In this document: piece by piece, positions 19,416 to 28,728 of the stretch
How the letters are laid out: every line of letters starts with the position of its first letter
Position numbering within the stretch: the first letter of the stretch is position 1
IMG/VR virus record: IMGVR_UViG_3300027631_000012
Length of the DNA: 64,000 nt
Reading direction: 5' to 3' (one strand)
Source: an uncultured virus (IMG/VR IMGVR_UViG_3300027631_000012)
Taxonomy: Duplodnaviria > Heunggongvirae > Uroviricota > Caudoviricetes
Made by a program: the position numbers and the translations under genes
The notes under the pieces: model-generated
Told to the model about the DNA's origin: nothing
The model's database searches: none
Seen by the model: only the letters and a program-made list of their open reading frames with translations

Positions 19416-19763
19416 CTATTTTATAGTATCTTTTTTAATAGTATCCTTTTTAACAGGCTTTATAGAATCTATGATTGCAGTGTCTATTTTAATAGGCTTT
19501 GGCTTGTAAATCACTGATTTAACAACGGGTGTGTCCACTGGTTTGATAGAAGATCTATTAATAGAATCTAACTTCAGAGTTAGTTTATTATTGATTTTTT
19601 GACATTCTAATAACTCTTCAACCGCGACCTTTTTTTCCATTTCAGCATATGAAACATCACCATACTTGTTATTCAACCAAACTCCTAGTATAATACATAA
19701 TATAACTAACCATGAAACGGATTGTCTAGTTCTATTAAGTAGTCTTCTTTCTTGTCTTGTCAT
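19416..19763 (-). CDS. Membrane-anchored coiled-coil protein
   Basis: N-terminal TM WLVILCIILGVWL followed by a predicted coiled segment. Confidence 0.5.
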   Translation of the reverse strand: MTRQERRLLNRTRQSVSWLVILCIILGVWLNNKYGDVSYAEMEKKVAVEELLECQKINNKLTLKLDSINRSSIKPVDTPVVKSVIYKPKPIKIDTAIIDSIKPVKKDTIKKDTIK

Positions 19764-20143
19764 TTTAATATGTTATTAATTATTGTTTCTCTGTTTTCTG
19801 ATTTTAAGTAAGTTATGAAATCTTCTAAATGTATTGTCTTAGAACCATCATATCCGTCACCTGATTTATATCTAAAGTCTGTTGACTTTAATTCATTGTA
19901 TTTTTTCTTTAAGTATTCTACTGATTGATTTGTATAATGAAATGGATCGTTAGGTTTTTCACTATAGATAAAATCTAATTCATTAAACCTTTCATCAACC
20001 ATCATAATAAGTGATTCATTTTTAGATATCACTCTAACTTCTCTAACTCCTCTGATAGTTTTGTCAACAGTATTGACATCATCATATAGTAATTCTATAT
20101 TTTGGTCTTGTATATGAAGTTTATATTTAAAATGAGAATTCAT
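19760..20143 (-). CDS. Hypothetical protein with C-terminal NRETIINNIL motif
   Basis: 127 aa; TATATTTGT box at 20147-20155. Confidence 0.55.
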   Translation of the reverse strand: MNSHFKYKLHIQDQNIELLYDDVNTVDKTIRGVREVRVISKNESLIMMVDERFNELDFIYSEKPNDPFHYTNQSVEYLKKKYNELKSTDFRYKSGDGYDGSKTIHLEDFITYLKSENRETIINNILK

Positions 20144-20146
20144 TAG

Positions 20147-20155
20147 ACAAATATA
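20147..20155 (-). promoter_or_regulatory. Bacteroidota-type -7 box TATATTTGT
   Basis: 3 nt upstream of ATG 20143. Confidence 0.5.
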
Positions 20156-20160
20156 AGGAA

Positions 20161-20943
20161 TTAATCTTCATCTTCAAAATCTTGCTCAAAAGATAACATC
20201 AAATTTGAATACTCATCTTTAACTAACATGAATGTGTCAAATATACTGAATTCAATATTTTCTACTGAATCATTTATACAAGATAAGAACTTTTTATTTA
20301 AGATAAGATTGGCACTTCTAGTAGATTCAATTGATCCAATTTCCATTTCCCAAGCGGCTCTTTCAGAAAGTAAAACTTTACCTTCAACAACTCCTATGTT
20401 TATAATTCTCTCACCGTTAATACTAGAAAGTTTTTTAACATCTGAGAAATCTGACTTCTCTATAGCAAAAGCCCATTTTCTATTTTTAAGATTCAATCTT
20501 TGAGATAAGGCTACTTTGTTGATATCTCTCATTTCATAATGTTCACCTGATATCCAATTTACTTTTAATTTACCACCAACAATCTGTAAAGATCTAGCAG
20601 ACATAACAGTATCATCATCTTGTGATTCTTTATAAGAAATTTCTAATGTTATTTTATCAGACTCTTTAATGAAATTTAGATTCTTAACAAACTTCTTAGC
20701 ATTTGCAATAATCACATCCATAGAGTATTCCATATCATCACCATATTCTAAATAATCTCTTGTATTAATTAGATAGTTCTTAAAAGCCAACATAACATTA
20801 CCTCCTAACATAGAATACATTAGAATGTTATCATTGTCTATTTTTAACTTAATAGTATCTGATATTTTAGTTAAATCTTCTAATTTATTGATGAAATCAG
20901 AAAATTTATCACTTTTTATTTTGAACTTTATTTTATTTGCCAT
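20161..20943 (-). CDS. Probable DNA polymerase sliding clamp (gp45/PCNA-like)
   Basis: 260 aa, alternating beta/alpha two-domain pattern, near polB; no diagnostic motif. Confidence 0.5.
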   Translation of the reverse strand: MANKIKFKIKSDKFSDFINKLEDLTKISDTIKLKIDNDNILMYSMLGGNVMLAFKNYLINTRDYLEYGDDMEYSMDVIIANAKKFVKNLNFIKESDKITLEISYKESQDDDTVMSARSLQIVGGKLKVNWISGEHYEMRDINKVALSQRLNLKNRKWAFAIEKSDFSDVKKLSSINGERIINIGVVEGKVLLSERAAWEMEIGSIESTRSANLILNKKFLSCINDSVENIEFSIFDTFMLVKDEYSNLMLSFEQDFEDED

Positions 20944-21016
20944 GTCTAGGTATAATTTACTTACATGATATATTCTAAAAAACCAATTTTGTTTATTTGA
21001 TTTTAATATATAAGTT

Positions 21017-21568
21017 ATGATAAAAAAATATAATCAATTCATTAGAGAGTTTGTTGAAAACGGAAACTACATTGATGCTAAAATGCAAGAACTTAAAGAT
21101 CTTGTTGATAATGTAACTAATGGTCAGAATATTATATATGAGTGGGAGAATAAAGAAGACCACGAACTAACAGTTAGTTTCTCAACTGATAACTTATCTA
21201 TTAAGTATGATTTCGATATTGATGATTTATTAGTTACTAAAACAGCTGGTGGTGTTATTGATTTTCAAACGAGTGTTGAATCAATTGACGAGGGTTTAGA
21301 AATGATTGAAAAAGATATTCAGTCTATTTTAGGAATATCAGAAAGAGTTAAGGCTCAAAGATATAAAGGTCGTAAAATTCCTGGAAAATATTTAACTAAG
21401 AATCCAGGTAAAATGAAAAAAGAAATTGACACATTCAGAGGTAAAAAAGAATACAAAAAGGATTGGGACGCTGACTACACCGGTGGTAAAGGTGGTAAAG
21501 GAAAAAGAGTTAAAACTAAAAAATCCGCAGCAACTAAAGCTTACCAAAGAATGTTTGGTGATAAATAA
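21017..21568 (+). CDS. Leader-bearing protein (MIKKYNQFIRE) with basic C-terminal domain
   Basis: Acidic N-half, Lys-rich C-half (KIPGKYL...TKAYQRMFG); TAATATATA 21004-21012. Confidence 0.6.
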   Translation: MIKKYNQFIREFVENGNYIDAKMQELKDLVDNVTNGQNIIYEWENKEDHELTVSFSTDNLSIKYDFDIDDLLVTKTAGGVIDFQTSVESIDEGLEMIEKDIQSILGISERVKAQRYKGRKIPGKYLTKNPGKMKKEIDTFRGKKEYKKDWDADYTGGKGGKGKRVKTKKSAATKAYQRMFGDK

Positions 21569-21583
21569 AAATAAATTAAAAAT

Positions 21584-22285
21584 ATGAAATACTTAAAGAC
21601 ATTTGAATCTTATACATTTGAGGACTTCACACATTCTGACATTGAAGATGTTAAAGAATTATTAGAAGATGGTCTAGAAATTGAACAAATTGCTATTGAA
21701 TTGAACTTTAGTTTAGATAAAGTTAAACAAATAGTTGACTCTATTGGAAAAAATCAACAAATGTCTAATGAGATTAAAATTCATATACCATCACACTATA
21801 GTGGTGTGATAATGGAACTTGGCGAAGAGGCTGATCCAGATGATATTATCTCATTATATAACGAAATAGTTGAAGAAGGAACTCCATTAGTTAGTTACTC
21901 TGAGTATGGAACTGAAGGAAAATTTTATAATGAGAATGATGATGAAATACCTACAGATGTTATTCTTGATGAATTGAATTATGCTATTGGATTAGGAGAT
22001 GAAAATGAATTAGAAGGATTAGATGAGTCTAAAAAGTCTGGTGTGAGTGCTTCTCTTAAAAAGAAATCTCAAGCATCTGGAATTCCAATGGGAATTTTAA
22101 GAAAAGTGTTTGCTAAAGGTATGCAAGCTTGGAATGCTGGTCACAGACCAGGTGTAGCTCAACATCAATGGGGAATGGGTAGAGTAAATTCATTTATCAC
22201 TGGTGCTGGTGGTGCTAGAAAAGCTGATGCTGATTTATGGACTAAGGCTAAAGCCGCAAAAGCAAGAAAAAAGAAAAAGAAATAA
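21584..22285 (+). CDS. DUF5824-like domain protein with leader MKYLKTFES
   Basis: LKKKSQASGIPMGILRKVFAKGMQAWNAGHRPG...WGMGRVNSF. Confidence 0.6.
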   Translation: MKYLKTFESYTFEDFTHSDIEDVKELLEDGLEIEQIAIELNFSLDKVKQIVDSIGKNQQMSNEIKIHIPSHYSGVIMELGEEADPDDIISLYNEIVEEGTPLVSYSEYGTEGKFYNENDDEIPTDVILDELNYAIGLGDENELEGLDESKKSGVSASLKKKSQASGIPMGILRKVFAKGMQAWNAGHRPGVAQHQWGMGRVNSFITGAGGARKADADLWTKAKAAKARKKKKK

Positions 22286-22683
22286 TGAAACACTTACAAA
22301 AATTTGAAGCTTTTTTAATTCCTAAACCAGTTCGTAAATTTCATCCTTGGTGGAAAGACGAAGATATTGCTTTAGAAATTCTTAAAGAACTAAAATCGTT
22401 AAAAGGTAATTCAGAAGGAATTGCTAAATTATTGATATCAGAGAATCGTGGATATTCATTTATAGTAGACGGATTTAAATTTCATGTAAAGTACGGTTTC
22501 CGAATGAGTCCAGGTGGTGGTAGCTACAGTGGTGACATGAAAATGAATGATAAGTATATGGAAGTATCAACTGAGGTTTGTAAACAAATTTATAATCTAG
22601 TTGAACAATTAAAGAATACTGAACATATAGAAATGGAAGAAGACGATAAAAAAGATTTTAGAATCAATCGTGGATTGATGTAA
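22285..22683 (+). CDS. Hypothetical protein with leader MKHLQKFEAF
   Basis: 132 aa; TAATG-coupled to the previous gene. Confidence 0.65.
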   Translation: MKHLQKFEAFLIPKPVRKFHPWWKDEDIALEILKELKSLKGNSEGIAKLLISENRGYSFIVDGFKFHVKYGFRMSPGGGSYSGDMKMNDKYMEVSTEVCKQIYNLVEQLKNTEHIEMEEDDKKDFRINRGLM

Positions 22684-22684
22684 T

Positions 22685-22716
22685 AAAAAAACCCTCTGAA
22701 AAATCAGAGGGTTTTT
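22685..22716. terminator. Bidirectional intrinsic terminator
   Basis: AAAAAAACCCTCTGA-AAAA-TCAGAGGGTTTTT. Confidence 0.85.
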
Positions 22717-22720
22717 AGTT

Positions 22721-24151
22721 TTAAGCCATTTCTTCAATTTGAATTTCGACTTGAGCTCGTTCACGAACTTCCTCAAACGTCCATTCTTTCATGACTTTAC
22801 CATTTAAGAATACTTCAACCAATTCGTCTGATTCTTCATCGTGTGAATGTTCAACGGTTTGAGCATTTACTAATTTCAAACGACCAGCTTTTGACTTTTT
22901 GAAAGATTGTACTCTTTCGCCTTTCTCGTTAATCTCAATTGGATTTTTACGAACTTCAGCTTCTTCACCATTGATAGTGATAGAAGAACATTTGAAGGCG
23001 AATTTTTGAGTATCTCTATCTACTTTTTGTAGAAGAGCACCACCCATTCCAAATGCAATGTTTTCAATTGAGAATCCTTCTTCAATCATCATATCACAGA
23101 TGTCTGAAATTGATTCGAAATTTACACCATCACCTTGGATTACTCTAACGTGTGGGTCAAGAACTTTGAACCCTTTATCGTTAGTTGTTCCACCAAACTT
23201 ATCCCATAAAATATGAAAGATTTGTTTTAGCGTTTGTACTGGATCACCTGAGTCAGGACGAATTACTAAACGCCCATCACGAGATAAGATTTTATCTCTT
23301 AAAGCTGTTCCCCAATAATCTCTACAAGCACGGATGATATCGAAAGAGTCAGATACACAAGCAACTAAGCCTGTAGGATAAGAATCTAACATATTTTCCA
23401 TTGCCTTTACTTCGAATGGTTCGCCCCAAGAAGTAATTGTAGAGTGCTCTGAAGCTGGAATTGAGAACGCTAGTGGATTCTCAGTATTGTAGAACTCTTG
23501 AGCGAACAAGATAGCTGATACGGTGTCAGTTCCCATAAAGTTGATGATATGAGAAGATCCACCTAAACCAGATGATTCCACAGAACTTACACCTCTGAAA
23601 CCGAAATCATGTAACATGAAAGCTACTACACCACTAATTTCTTCTGCATTGTAAGATGTTGTTTTTTTAAGATACTTAATAAGATTTTTCTTAACTTCTC
23701 TTGAAAGAGTACCAACTGTAGTTGGATACCAAACTTGAAGTAAGATACTTTCTAAGAAGTTAGTTAACCAAGGAACTTCTGGGTCAGTGTTTTCAACTGT
23801 AACAAGAACGTTTCCTGTTTTAACTACTGTTCCTTCTGGAACTGCTTTGATACGAACTGGTAGATGTCCATTGTGGTTATCCAAGATGTGTCTCCAACCT
23901 GCTTCATTGAAGTGGTTAGGTCCTAAGTGAGCATCCCAGAACTTCTTAGCCTTTTGAATTTTTTCTTCGGTTACAACTTGACCAGACAAATACTGTTTGA
24001 TAAAGTATTGTAAACCATAGAACATTGTGTTGTCAAATTTACCACCTCTTGACTCAAGATAAGAGTAAACTTTTGATGTTCCTTTAGGATACTGTTTCCA
24101 GTGTGACGTTTTATAACTGTCCGTTAGTGTTAAAATATTATTGTTATACAT
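22721..24151 (-). CDS. nadV: Nicotinamide phosphoribosyltransferase
   Basis: TDSYKTSHWKQYP, LHDFGFRGVSS, SIPASEHS, VSDSFD, IRPDSGDP, IQGDG, FGMGGALLQ, RDTQKFAFK. Confidence 0.95.
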   Translation of the reverse strand: MYNNNILTLTDSYKTSHWKQYPKGTSKVYSYLESRGGKFDNTMFYGLQYFIKQYLSGQVVTEEKIQKAKKFWDAHLGPNHFNEAGWRHILDNHNGHLPVRIKAVPEGTVVKTGNVLVTVENTDPEVPWLTNFLESILLQVWYPTTVGTLSREVKKNLIKYLKKTTSYNAEEISGVVAFMLHDFGFRGVSSVESSGLGGSSHIINFMGTDTVSAILFAQEFYNTENPLAFSIPASEHSTITSWGEPFEVKAMENMLDSYPTGLVACVSDSFDIIRACRDYWGTALRDKILSRDGRLVIRPDSGDPVQTLKQIFHILWDKFGGTTNDKGFKVLDPHVRVIQGDGVNFESISDICDMMIEEGFSIENIAFGMGGALLQKVDRDTQKFAFKCSSITINGEEAEVRKNPIEINEKGERVQSFKKSKAGRLKLVNAQTVEHSHDEESDELVEVFLNGKVMKEWTFEEVRERAQVEIQIEEMA

Positions 24152-24172
24152 AACTTATAGATTTATTGTTAT

Positions 24173-24181
24173 ACAAATTTA
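24173..24181 (-). promoter_or_regulatory. Bacteroidota-type -7 box TAAATTTGT upstream of nadV
   Basis: TAnnTTTG match about 21 nt before the ATG. Confidence 0.45.
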
Positions 24182-25267
24182 CGACTTTTTTATCAATCTA
24201 TCAAAATATTCCACAAATAAATTATGGTCTACTGATACAGAAATTCTTGATACGTTTTTCAAATGTTCTTCAGTGTTTTTGAATGTGAATTTGTTCAAAG
24301 GAACACTTGAGATTTTAGCAGAAAGTAATTCATCAAATGTTTTATTGATAATAGCAAAAGGACCAGTTGGAATATCTGTATATTCATCAAATAACAAACC
24401 ATTATCAGATAAGTATTTAATATTCTTTGTGATTTCTGCTTTAGTTTTCATTCTATAATTATCAAATGCTGTTTGACCTTTATTAGAAGTAAGAAGTTGA
24501 TTGATAATCTCTTGAGGAACTGTTGAGATAGAGTTATACTTATACAAAGAACGAATCTTCATTGTATCATACAATTCTTTATTCTTAGTGGCAATATAAC
24601 CGATTCTCAATCCTGATAAACCAACTGATTTAGAGAATGAAGAAATAACGATTACATTATCTGAATAAAGTTCATAGATTTTATCAGACATATCATTGAA
24701 TAGGTAGTAGTATGGTAAGTCTAAGATAAGAGTTTGATTTCTTTCTTTACAAACATCAGCAAATGCTTTTAAGTCTTCAAATTTAGGAGCGTAACCTGTT
24801 GGATTTGAAGGATAACATAACATTACAACACCTTCACCAACTTCTACATTCTTAATATCAAAGTCATTGAATGTTTTGATATCTTTACCGTGAATGGTGA
24901 GAATCTTATTCCAAGAACCCCAATGATATTTAGGAACCCAGAATGTTTTATCTGATAGTGAGTTAATAACAACATCTAATGTAGCCATTCCACCCGGAAC
25001 GGTCATTACATAATGACCATTAAGATGAAATTTATCTTTTATAGTATCAATAAGTCCGGCATCACCATCGTTACCACCATATTGTTGAATTTTCTTTTGA
25101 TTGAAATCAATGTTTTGAGCAAATGAGTTCAAATCAATTGTTGTGACATCCATAACTCCACGATGAAGTTTAAGATATTTATCACCAGTTTCTTTTTCTA
25201 ATTTTGCCGCTAGTTCTCCAATCTCAACGATTGATGAATAAGTAACAGGAGAGGTGTTTACTTTCAT
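24179..25267 (-). CDS. PLP-dependent aminotransferase class I/II
   Basis: YPSNPTG, ILDLPY, SFSKSVGLSGLRIGY (PLP-Lys), C-terminal RIS. Confidence 0.9.
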   Translation of the reverse strand: MKVNTSPVTYSSIVEIGELAAKLEKETGDKYLKLHRGVMDVTTIDLNSFAQNIDFNQKKIQQYGGNDGDAGLIDTIKDKFHLNGHYVMTVPGGMATLDVVINSLSDKTFWVPKYHWGSWNKILTIHGKDIKTFNDFDIKNVEVGEGVVMLCYPSNPTGYAPKFEDLKAFADVCKERNQTLILDLPYYYLFNDMSDKIYELYSDNVIVISSFSKSVGLSGLRIGYIATKNKELYDTMKIRSLYKYNSISTVPQEIINQLLTSNKGQTAFDNYRMKTKAEITKNIKYLSDNGLLFDEYTDIPTGPFAIINKTFDELLSAKISSVPLNKFTFKNTEEHLKNVSRISVSVDHNLFVEYFDRLIKKS

Positions 25268-25273
25268 ATATTT

Positions 25274-26176
25274 TTATTTTTTTAAGTCTTCTAAAAACAT
25301 TGTCATTAAAACTTTGTGTTCTTTAACAATTTCAACTTTTTCAAGTTCTTTAATATCAAACCATTTCAATACTGATACATCATCAGATGGTTCAATTCTA
25401 CCCCATCCTTTATTTGTTTTATAAAGGATAGTCATAATTTTATCTTCTTCACTTTGGTATCTCCAATCTGGAACTTGTACACTACCAATATATTTTAGGT
25501 CAGTAATTACTAAGTTACCACCAGCATCTTCACTTACTTTTCTACGAGCGGTATGTTCATAACTTGTATCACTTGGTTTGGAAAAACCACCAATAAATCT
25601 CCAAGCATCTTCATAAGGTCTTTTAGCTAAAAGTACTTTATCATTTTCCATAATAGCAATATCAACACAAGGATGAACTTTAGGATATTGATTATATGAT
25701 TGATAGATAACACCTGCTCTGAAGTCAGCAGAATCTTTAACTTCTTCAGATACCATCTTTCTAACTTCTGTACCAGAAACAAAGGTACCATATTCATCTA
25801 GTTCTTGGCAATCAAATTGACCACCTCCGTTTTTATAGTAAGGAATAAATGAATCTCTACCACCATACATAAGAACATCACCAATTGGGTAAACTTCTTT
25901 AATACGTTTATCTAATTCATGTGACCATCTTTTATCATCACCAAAGTCAGGCAGAGCGAGAATAACAATATCTGGATAATGATGTTGAACCATCTTTTTA
26001 CGAGATTCAAAATCTAAAGGATTTTTCTTAGTACCAACTACTTTGGGTACACCAAGAAATAGTATTACTTTCTTATGGTTCTTAACTACTTGGTCTATTA
26101 AGTAGTGATGAGCTTCGTGAAGTTCATGAACTTGAAATCTTCCTACTAACGCTCCTATTGTATATGACTTATCCAT
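25274..26176 (-). CDS. nadM: Bifunctional NMN adenylyltransferase / Nudix (NadM-Nudix type)
   Basis: GRFQVHELHEAH, KNPLDFESRKKM, GRDSF, SGTEVR; C-terminal Nudix fold with a degenerate box. Confidence 0.85.
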   Translation of the reverse strand: MDKSYTIGALVGRFQVHELHEAHHYLIDQVVKNHKKVILFLGVPKVVGTKKNPLDFESRKKMVQHHYPDIVILALPDFGDDKRWSHELDKRIKEVYPIGDVLMYGGRDSFIPYYKNGGGQFDCQELDEYGTFVSGTEVRKMVSEEVKDSADFRAGVIYQSYNQYPKVHPCVDIAIMENDKVLLAKRPYEDAWRFIGGFSKPSDTSYEHTARRKVSEDAGGNLVITDLKYIGSVQVPDWRYQSEEDKIMTILYKTNKGWGRIEPSDDVSVLKWFDIKELEKVEIVKEHKVLMTMFLEDLKK

Positions 26177-26195
26177 TATAATTATAGATTTATTT

Positions 26196-26204
26196 ACAAA
26201 TATA
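26196..26204 (-). promoter_or_regulatory. Bacteroidota-type -7 box TATATTTGT upstream of nadM
   Basis: 19 nt before ATG 26176. Confidence 0.5.
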
Positions 26205-26209
26205 CGAAA

Positions 26210-26536
26210 TTATAACATCTCTTCAAGTGTTTTTCTCATGAAATTTTCTATTTCTCGTAACTTTTTTCTATTTGTTGTTATATCTAACTGAATTCTGAAT
26301 TTTTTAACTTCTAATTCTTCTTCTTCGGTTAGTTCTTGAACCTCAAAATTCAATTCTTGTTTTGGTTCTATTACTTCTTGGAATCTTTTATCACTTAAAA
26401 TTTCAGCGAGACCTAATGGAAAATTTATATCACCTTTATCAACATTATAATAACTCTCCAACTCAATAGTTTCACCTTTTGTGAATATTGTTGTTGCGAA
26501 AAACTTGACATCTTCTTTGACTAAAAACTTTCTCAT
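26210..26536 (-). CDS. Hypothetical protein
   Basis: 108 aa ORF. Confidence 0.55.
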   Translation of the reverse strand: MRKFLVKEDVKFFATTIFTKGETIELESYYNVDKGDINFPLGLAEILSDKRFQEVIEPKQELNFEVQELTEEEELEVKKFRIQLDITTNRKKLREIENFMRKTLEEML

Positions 26537-26572
26537 ATGATAAAAGATATTTTAAATTTAATATATACTTAT

Positions 26573-27721
26573 ATGGTAAAGAGGTATAATGGTTTTATTG
26601 TCCAAAAATTATTAATGGAGTTATTTTCAACATTTGAATCTGAAGGTGTTTACGCTTCTGGAGATTTTGTAGTTAAGTTAAGAAACCTATCTACTCAAAG
26701 TAATAATGTTGGTAAAATATCATCTGCTATAATTAATGTAATCGAAGAAAATGAATGGCTTGATGATAAATATGTTCGTCAAAATTATTTCGACATTACA
26801 GATAAAGATGATATGGTTTCTTTTTTACAATCTAACAAAGTTCCAGATGACTGGGATTCTGATGACGATCCATCACTACCTTACTCACTACCTGGTAGGA
26901 ATGAGGTTAAAATTGGTAAAATTATTAGACTTTTATGTTCTTCAGAAGAAGTTTCTGATAAATTAGACTTCAAACCAAAGGACAAAGATTTTGAAGATTT
27001 TGTAAATGCTTACAAAGCATCTAAAATAGATACATCAAAAGCATTTAAATTAGTTAACGGTGAAGATATTCATAAATACTATCAAATGAAAAATTATTTC
27101 TCATCTCACGGAGCTTTAGGTGGTTCTTGTATGGCAGATGAAGGTAAAAGTACATTCAGAGTTTATACAGAGAATCCAAAGAAAGTACAATTACTTATTT
27201 TAATTGATGGTGATGGTAAAATACACGGTCGTGCTTTAGTTTGGAAATTAAAAGAATCTCCATGTGAGTCTAAATACTTTATGGATAGAGTTTACACAAA
27301 TGCTGACTCTGATGTAATTAAGTTCAAAAACTTTGCTGAAGAAAAGGGATTTCTTTATAAGTTAAAGAATAATAGTTATATTGAAGATAATGTTAATTTT
27401 ATGTATAAAGGGAATCCTTTGATGGGTGAAATTAAAGTTAAGTTGGATGGTGATTTCAAAAACTATCCATTCATAGATACTATGTGTTTCTTGAGTAAGA
27501 AAATGGGTGATTTATCTAATGTACCATCAAAAGATTGTTACTTCTTACACTCTGTTTCTGGTGAGTGTGAAGTTTGTTCAAATTGTGATGGTGATGTAAT
27601 TTTTGATCAATCAGACAAGATAACCGATGATGTTGATTTTTGTGACGAATGTGGTTTAGGTCTTGAAAAACTTGAAGAAGCTGGTATCAAAACTAAAACA
27701 GTTAAGAAGTTAAAAGACTAA
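26573..27721 (+). CDS. Conserved-looking phage protein (LGGSCM, GRALVW, MDRVY motifs; C-terminal CxxC pairs)
   Basis: Start moved to ATG 26573 (MVKRYNGF) after TAATATATA 26559-26567. Confidence 0.6.
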   Translation: MVKRYNGFIVQKLLMELFSTFESEGVYASGDFVVKLRNLSTQSNNVGKISSAIINVIEENEWLDDKYVRQNYFDITDKDDMVSFLQSNKVPDDWDSDDDPSLPYSLPGRNEVKIGKIIRLLCSSEEVSDKLDFKPKDKDFEDFVNAYKASKIDTSKAFKLVNGEDIHKYYQMKNYFSSHGALGGSCMADEGKSTFRVYTENPKKVQLLILIDGDGKIHGRALVWKLKESPCESKYFMDRVYTNADSDVIKFKNFAEEKGFLYKLKNNSYIEDNVNFMYKGNPLMGEIKVKLDGDFKNYPFIDTMCFLSKKMGDLSNVPSKDCYFLHSVSGECEVCSNCDGDVIFDQSDKITDDVDFCDECGLGLEKLEEAGIKTKTVKKLKD

Positions 27722-28216
27722 TTATCTTCCTAGATAGTTCATCAACTCAATCATATTCTTAATTGAGAATCCTAATGACTCTAAGTTTCTAACAGTATCT
27801 CTTAAAAATTCAATATAAGATTCAATTAGTTCAATACATCTGTCATTTTCAGCCAAGTGACCATCAATAAGAATTCCTTTTTCTCCTAAATTTGTTTTAA
27901 TACCAAATCCAGTTGCATAGAATACAAACTTATCTTGTCTTAATTTCTTAATCTTAGTAGTTTCTTTACTTCTTTTATTTAGGAAAAAATTGATTTGTTC
28001 ATTAATCTGTTGTCTGTGAGTTAAAGCCAAAGATTGAGCATTTAAAATTTCTTTAGAGTTAGATGGATTTGATAAATCAACTGATAGAACTTTGAAAAGA
28101 GGTTCAACCGTTTTATTCCATTCTCCTCTTTTGCCATTAAAGAATTCTTCTAACTTATCATTAGTTTCTTTAACTTTTGTTATTCTATCTACTTCTTCTT
28201 GATTATAAAGATTCAT
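27722..28216 (-). CDS. UvsY-like recombination mediator
   Basis: Helical 164 aa protein; C-terminal YIEFLRDTVRNLESLGFSIKNMIE resembles the T4-like UvsY end. Confidence 0.5.
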   Translation of the reverse strand: MNLYNQEEVDRITKVKETNDKLEEFFNGKRGEWNKTVEPLFKVLSVDLSNPSNSKEILNAQSLALTHRQQINEQINFFLNKRSKETTKIKKLRQDKFVFYATGFGIKTNLGEKGILIDGHLAENDRCIELIESYIEFLRDTVRNLESLGFSIKNMIELMNYLGR

Positions 28217-28682
28217 CTTCTGGTAATATTTTTTTCATTTGATATGTTCTATGTAAGTTCTTATTATGACAAGAACTCAATGCGTTTTCTATAACATCTT
28301 TTGTTTTTGTAGAAATATCTTTGTTTATATATTCTTCTAAGATGTGACTCCACTTATCTAATAGATATTTATCTTCTATGATAATATTTTCCATTCCATT
28401 ATCATAAATCATTTCAACACATCCATTCCGGTTATCGACAATAATTTCAATTGAATCTGAAACTCTAAAACCTCTTAAAGATCCATAAGAATGGTTTTTT
28501 CCTTCTTCTTCTGGTTTTTCATCAATATTAAAATTGACATAGTAATATCTATATCCATATTTTATCTTTTTAGAGAAACTGATTCTTTCATCTGATTCGT
28601 GTTCTAATAAGAAGTGTAAAAATTCATCAATTTCCTTCATAATACTTTTATGAAATAAAGTCTTATTTGTTTTACTAGGCAT
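28203..28682 (-). CDS. Hypothetical protein
   Basis: 159 aa ORF. Confidence 0.55.
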   Translation of the reverse strand: MPSKTNKTLFHKSIMKEIDEFLHFLLEHESDERISFSKKIKYGYRYYYVNFNIDEKPEEEGKNHSYGSLRGFRVSDSIEIIVDNRNGCVEMIYDNGMENIIIEDKYLLDKWSHILEEYINKDISTKTKDVIENALSSCHNKNLHRTYQMKKILPEDESL

Positions 28683-28709
28683 AAAAAAACCTCTTAGAAT
28701 CTAAGAGGT
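28683..28709 (-). terminator. Intrinsic terminator
   Basis: ACCTCTTAGA/TCTAAGAGGT inverted repeat with U-tract on the minus strand. Confidence 0.7.
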
Positions 28710-28728
28710 CTTTTAATTATTTTAAGAA

